Origin: Octopus sinensis
Lineage: Eukaryota
Assembly: GCF_006345805.1 (NCBI RefSeq)
Contig: NW_021826478.1
Coordinates: 1-12,948, forward strand
Length of the DNA: 12,948 nt
Reading direction: 5' to 3'
How positions within the stretch are numbered: the stretch's first letter is position 1; every line of letters starts with the position of its first letter. Below the pieces are notes generated by a model. The model was not told the origin of the DNA and made no database searches. It saw nothing but the letters and a program-made list of their open reading frames with translations. Made by a program: the position numbers and the translations under genes. Shown in pieces: positions 8,513 to 12,948 of the stretch.

Positions 8513-8949
8513 TATATATATATAATATACATGTAAGCAATTTTGTTGTGTCCTCATATTTATTATATATAAATATATTGTGTGTGTGGTGTGTGTTATG
8601 CATGTGCATATGTGTGTGTGTATGTGTGTGTATTCATATATGTATATTTGTGTATGTGATATACAATATATCATGGTTACATATATGTATGCGCACTGCC
8701 ATATTATACGTGCTCGCATGCATGTGATAATTATAGTGTTAGCATGTTGTAAACAAGATTTATGCGCATGTATGGTTATAAATGCATTTAAGGAGCCATG
8801 TGTTGCACACACATGCATGCATACGCTGTGCACATTCATTCATCTAGTCATCACATGCATATACAGCTGAATGCATACATAAATGTACCCATAATATGCA
8901 TATAGGATACATACATATATAGATATATACACACCAGACTACAAAAATG

Positions 8950-9077
8950 CATATATATATACTGTATGTATGTATGTATGTATGTATGCATATATGTATG
9001 CATGCATGTATGTATGTATGTATGTATGCATGCATGCATGCATGCATGCATGTATGTATGTATGTATGTATGTATGT
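8950..9077. repeat. (TATG)n/(CATG)n microsatellite
   Basis: Direct reading. Confidence 0.95.
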
Positions 9078-9235
9078 AGCGAGATGCTTGGGGATGAAAT
9101 CAGTAGAAAACGAAGAGACACGATTTGGGGCGAATACGGAGGAGGGGGAGGAAGAGGAGAAGAAAGAAGAAGCTTGTTTTTTTTTTAAGGCACAGAAAGT
9201 TAAAAGGAAGGACGGGGAGCTAAGATTATTACGGC

Positions 9236-9237
<2 letters not shown>

Positions 9238-9287
<50 letters not shown>

Positions 9288-9330
9288 GGTGGTAGTGGTG
9301 GTGGTGGTGGTTGTGGTGGTGGTAGTGGTT
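9238..9330. repeat. (GTA)n grading into (GTG)n
   Basis: Direct reading; source of the poly-Val ORF. Confidence 0.95.
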
Positions 9331-9429
9331 GCAGTGAAGGTGGTGTGGGTGGTGATAGCAGTAGTTATCCTTGTCCTTGCAGAACGTCAAGAGGCGGAGT
9401 GAGAAACGTGTGTTGATGAGTGAGGATGC

Positions 9430-9853
9430 AAGCTAACAAGAGGAGAAAGAGAGGGAATAAGTGAGTGAGTGAGTGTTAAAGATAGAGAGAAAGGGAGTAG
9501 GAGGAGAAAAACTAATTGACAGGAAAAGGAGAAAAGAAAGAAAGCAACAATGACAGAAAGGTAAAAAGAGAAATATATAAGATGCAGGTAGGTAAGTGGT
9601 GTCGATAAGAGAAACACGGGAGTGGGGTAGCATAGGGTAAAGGGGGAAATTTAGAAAGAATAAGAAAGAAATAGTGAGAGGGCGATGAAGATAGAGGGAA
9701 AGAGTGAGAAGTTATAACGAGGTAAGAAGAGAAAGAGGGGAAGAATGACGAATAAGCGAGGTGGTGTGGGAAGCAGAAAGAATAGAGAGAGAAAAGGAGC
9801 GTGAATGTTGGAGAAAGCGAGAAGGGAGAAATAGCGATACAAGTGAGATAGAT

Positions 9854-9903
<50 letters not shown>

Positions 9904-10020
9904 GATAGATAGATAGATAGATGAAAGAGTGAGAAGAGTGATATAGTAGAAATAGAAGAGAGGGAAGGAGAGTAAAAGAGATTGATAAAGAAGCATGCTG
10001 TGTAAGTGGAGAAAGAGCGT
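9430..10020 (+). repeat. Purine-rich (A/G) low-complexity tract including (GATA)n at ~9846-9922
   Basis: Strong A/G bias on the + strand. Confidence 0.85.
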
Positions 10021-10159
10021 AGTATGCTGAGGCTGAGGTGACGTGAGAGGTAGACAGTAAATAAACGTAAATACAGACACACACAAACACACACATACAC
10101 ATACGTATACACGTATGTATGTATGTATGCATGTATGCATGTATGTTATTATGTGTAAT

Positions 10160-11066
10160 GTCTGCGCTACGTTCTGAGTTCAAATTCCGCCGAGGTCGAC
10201 TTTGCCTTTCATTCTTTCGGGGACAATAAATTAAGTACCAGTTCCCACTGGGGTCTATAATCGACTTAATCCGTTTGTCTTTCCTTGGTTGTCCCCTCTG
10301 TGTGTAGCCCTTTGTGGTCAGTAAAAGAAATAGTATTTCGTTTGTCTTTACGTTCTGAGTTCAAATTCCGCCGAGGTCGACTTTGCCTTCATCCCTTCGG
10401 GGACAATAAATAAGTACCAGTTATGCACTGGGGTCGGTATAATCGACTTAATCCGTTTGTCTGTCCTTGTTTGTCCCCTCTGTGTGTAGCCCTTTGTGGG
10501 CAGTAAAGAAATAGGTATTTCGTTTGTCTTTACGTTCTGAGTTCAAATTCCGCCGAGGTCGACTTTGCCTTTCATCCTTTCGGGGACAATAAATTAAGTA
10601 CCAGTTATGCACTGGGGTCGATATAATCGACTTAATCCGTTTGTCTGTCCTTGTTTGTCCCCTCTGTGTGTAGCCCTTTGTGGGCAGTAAAGAAACAGGT
10701 ATTTCGTTTGTCTTTACGTTCTGAGTTCAAATTCCGCCGAGGTCGACTTTGCCTTTCATCCTTTCGGGGACAATAAATTAAGTACCAGTTATGCACTGGG
10801 GTCGATATAATCGACTTAATCCGTTTGTCTGTCCTTGTTTGTCCCCTCTGTGTGTAGCCCTTTGTGGGCAGTAAAGAAATAGGTATTTCGTTTGTCTTTA
10901 CGTTCTGAGTTCAAATTACGCCGAGGTCGACTTTGCCTTTCATCCTTTCGGGGACAATAAATTAAGTATCAGTTATGCACTGGGGTCGATATAATCCGAC
11001 TTAATCCCTTTGTCTGTCCTTGTTTGTCCCCTCTGTGTTTAGTCCCTTGTGGGTAGTAAAGAAATA
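10160..11066 (+). repeat. Head-to-tail array of ~4.9 units (181-184 bp) of a 5'-truncated tRNA-derived SINE
   Basis: TACGTTCTGAGTTCAAATTCC recurs at 10168, 10349, 10531, 10715 and 10899 (TTACG in the last unit). Each unit has a B-box-like GAGTTCAAATTCC and a GCCTTTCATCCTTTCGGGG..ATAAATTAAGTACCAG core (MetaSINE-like, from recall), but no A box. Confidence 0.95.
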
Positions 11067-11400
11067 TATGTGTAGCAGAAGTAACAGAGTGGCTCAAGGG
11101 CCAAGAGTCTCGTGGCTTGACACTTATCAAAACTAGCCTGATAATTGCCAACGCACGAAACTCTCGGCCCTTGAGTCCCTGTTGCTTCGGCTCAGTATCA
11201 ATTAAAAGAATATACATATTACTCATATTTTGAGTTCTGATTTTTATGTTTGCGTCACGAAACCAGAATATATATATGTATATATTTGTATACATGTATG
11301 TATGTATATATGCACGCATGTCTGACTGTCTGTTTGTTTATATGTATATATGTATGTATGTATGTATGTAGGTAGGTAGGTATGTGATTGAGTGTGTCGA

Positions 11401-11760
11401 AGGAGAGGCAGTGTGGTAAGTAGCTTGCTTACCAACCACATGGTTCCGGGCTCAGTCCCACAGCGTAGAACCTTGGGCAAGTGTCTTCGGGGCGACCAAA
11501 GCCTTGTGAGTGGATTTGGTAGGCGGAAACTGAAAGAAGCCCTTCGTATATATATATATATGCATATGTTTGTGTGTTTGTGTTTGTCCCCCACCCAACA
11601 TCGCTTGTCAACCGATGCTGGTGTGCAACTAGCGATTCGGCAAAAGCGACTAATAGAATAAGTACTAGGTTTGCAAAGAATTAACCCTGAGGTCGATTTG
11701 CTCGCCTCAAGGTGGTACTCCAGCATGGCCGCAGTCAAATGACTGAAACAAATAAAAGAG
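11401..11760 (+). mobile_element. Full-length tRNA-derived SINE (family of the 6479 copy) with two internal deletions
   Basis: Head GCAGTGTGGTAAG...GGCTCAGTCCC, ACCTTGGGCAAGTGTC, GGAAACTGAAAGAAGCCC, an internal (TA/TG) tract, 3' hairpin CAGTC-AAAT-GACTG (11732-11745) and the tail AAATAAAAGAG. Confidence 0.92.
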
Positions 11761-11870
11761 TCGACTTTGCCTTTCATCCTTTCGGAGTCGATAAATAAAG
11801 TACCAGTTTCGCACTGGGGTCGATGTAATCGACTTAATCCGTTTAGCCCCTTGTGGGCAGTAAAGAAATA
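11761..11870 (+). mobile_element. Fragment of the array-type SINE (core and 3' end) fused to the preceding SINE tail
   Basis: TCGACTTTGCCTTTCATCCTTTCGG..TCGATAAATAAAGTACCAGT...CACTGGGGTCGAT.TAATCGACTTAATCCGTTT...GGGCAGTAAAGAAATA matches the array unit. Confidence 0.92.
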
Positions 11871-11989
11871 TATATATACACGCACACACGCACACACACA
11901 CACACGAATATATATATACATAATAAAACACACACATATACACACATACATACATACATACATACATACATACATTATATATACATTTT

Positions 11990-12640
11990 AGACGGAGAAA
12001 AAGAAGTAAACTGTAGAAGATCAGAAGTAAATATATTGTGGTTGGGTAAGGGTTAAAGGAGAGAAATATAATGGAGAGGAAGGAAAGTGAGACAGACTTT
12101 TGGAGAGGAAGTGAGATACATTATGAGGTATTAGAGAAGAAACAAATTGAAGTGACAGAGAGAGAGGAGAGAGAGAGAGAGGGGGGAAGAGTGAGAGAGA
12201 GGGGGAAGAGGACAAAAGAAAGAGAGAATTTGTATGTGGATAGAAAGAAAAGAAGACTGAAAAAGTAACAATATTACATACAAAAGTGGGAAAAGCAAAA
12301 ATAAAAAAGCGAAGTTAAAAATAATAGGAGAAAATGAAAACGGTGAAAATTACAAAAAAATATGTGGCCATAGGAGAAGAAGAAGGGAAGAAGGAAGGAT
12401 AGGAGAAACAGAAAAAATATAGAAAAGAACAGAGAGAATGAGAGAGAGAGAAAAGGAGATAGATAAATGGATAGATAGATAGATAGATAGATAGATAGAG
12501 AGAGAGTGGTGGGAGAGACAGGGAGAAAGAGGAATGGCGAAAGTAGTTTTTGGGAAGGAGGAGTAGTAAGAGAAGTTAAAGTAAGGAAAGAAGGGAGAAA
12601 ATTGGGTCATTACCAGGATAAGTGGAAGTGAAGCAAATGA
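11990..12640 (+). repeat. Purine-rich (A/G) low-complexity tract with (GA)n and (GATA)n blocks
   Basis: Strong A/G bias on the + strand. Confidence 0.85.
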
Positions 12641-12685
12641 GGTCATAGCTAACAATCAACAATTTAACAGCGTCTCCACGAACAT

Positions 12686-12900
12686 ATGTATGTATGTATG
12701 CATGTATGTATGTATGTATGTATGTATGTATGTATGTATGTATGTATGTATGTATGTATGTATGTATGTATGGATGGATGGATGGATGGATGGATGCATG
12801 CACGTATGTATATATGAATATGTGTGTGTGTGCATGTATGTATGTATTATATGTATATGTCTGTGTGTGCATGTATGTATGCATGTATGTATGTTTGCAT
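12686..12900. repeat. (TATG)n/(GGAT)n microsatellite
   Basis: Direct reading. Confidence 0.95.
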
Positions 12901-12948
12901 TTTTATATATGCATGCATTATCAGAACTAGAAAGGACGCTGAAAAGTA

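Noticed and set aside
10160-11066. CRISPR-like or rDNA-like array
   Set aside because: Units are wholly repeated with no unique spacers, carry SINE motifs, and sit in a eukaryotic context.
11732-11749. Hairpin followed by GAAAC in the SINE tail as a hammerhead half
   Set aside because: There is no upstream CUGANGA; better explained as a LINE-recognition stem-loop.

Overview
Non-genic, AT-rich, microsatellite-saturated eukaryotic DNA. The SINE sequences and the repeat density suggest a cephalopod (Octopus-like) genome; this is inferred from recalled family sequences, not from a search. No intact host gene is visible, and almost all ORFs in the track are translations of simple repeats. The real content is retroelement-derived. 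(1) A decayed, 5'-truncated Penelope-like element (RT + CCHH-type Cys motifs + GIY-YIG endonuclease, ~574-1790, +), fused directly behind a short cassette carrying a minimal type-I hammerhead-like motif with a non-canonical core (465-500). (2) A 432-bp fold-back element (7523-7954) whose two 123-bp inverted arms each carry a hammerhead motif (CUGAUGA...GAAAC-NGUC-GUA) with an unusually long helix-II insert. (3) At least three tRNA-derived SINE families, one amplified locally into a ~5-unit, ~184-bp head-to-tail array (10160-11066). (4) A 102-bp tandem duplication, many compound microsatellites and two long purine-rich tracts. The most interesting signal is the set of variant hammerhead motifs associated with Penelope-like retrotransposition.
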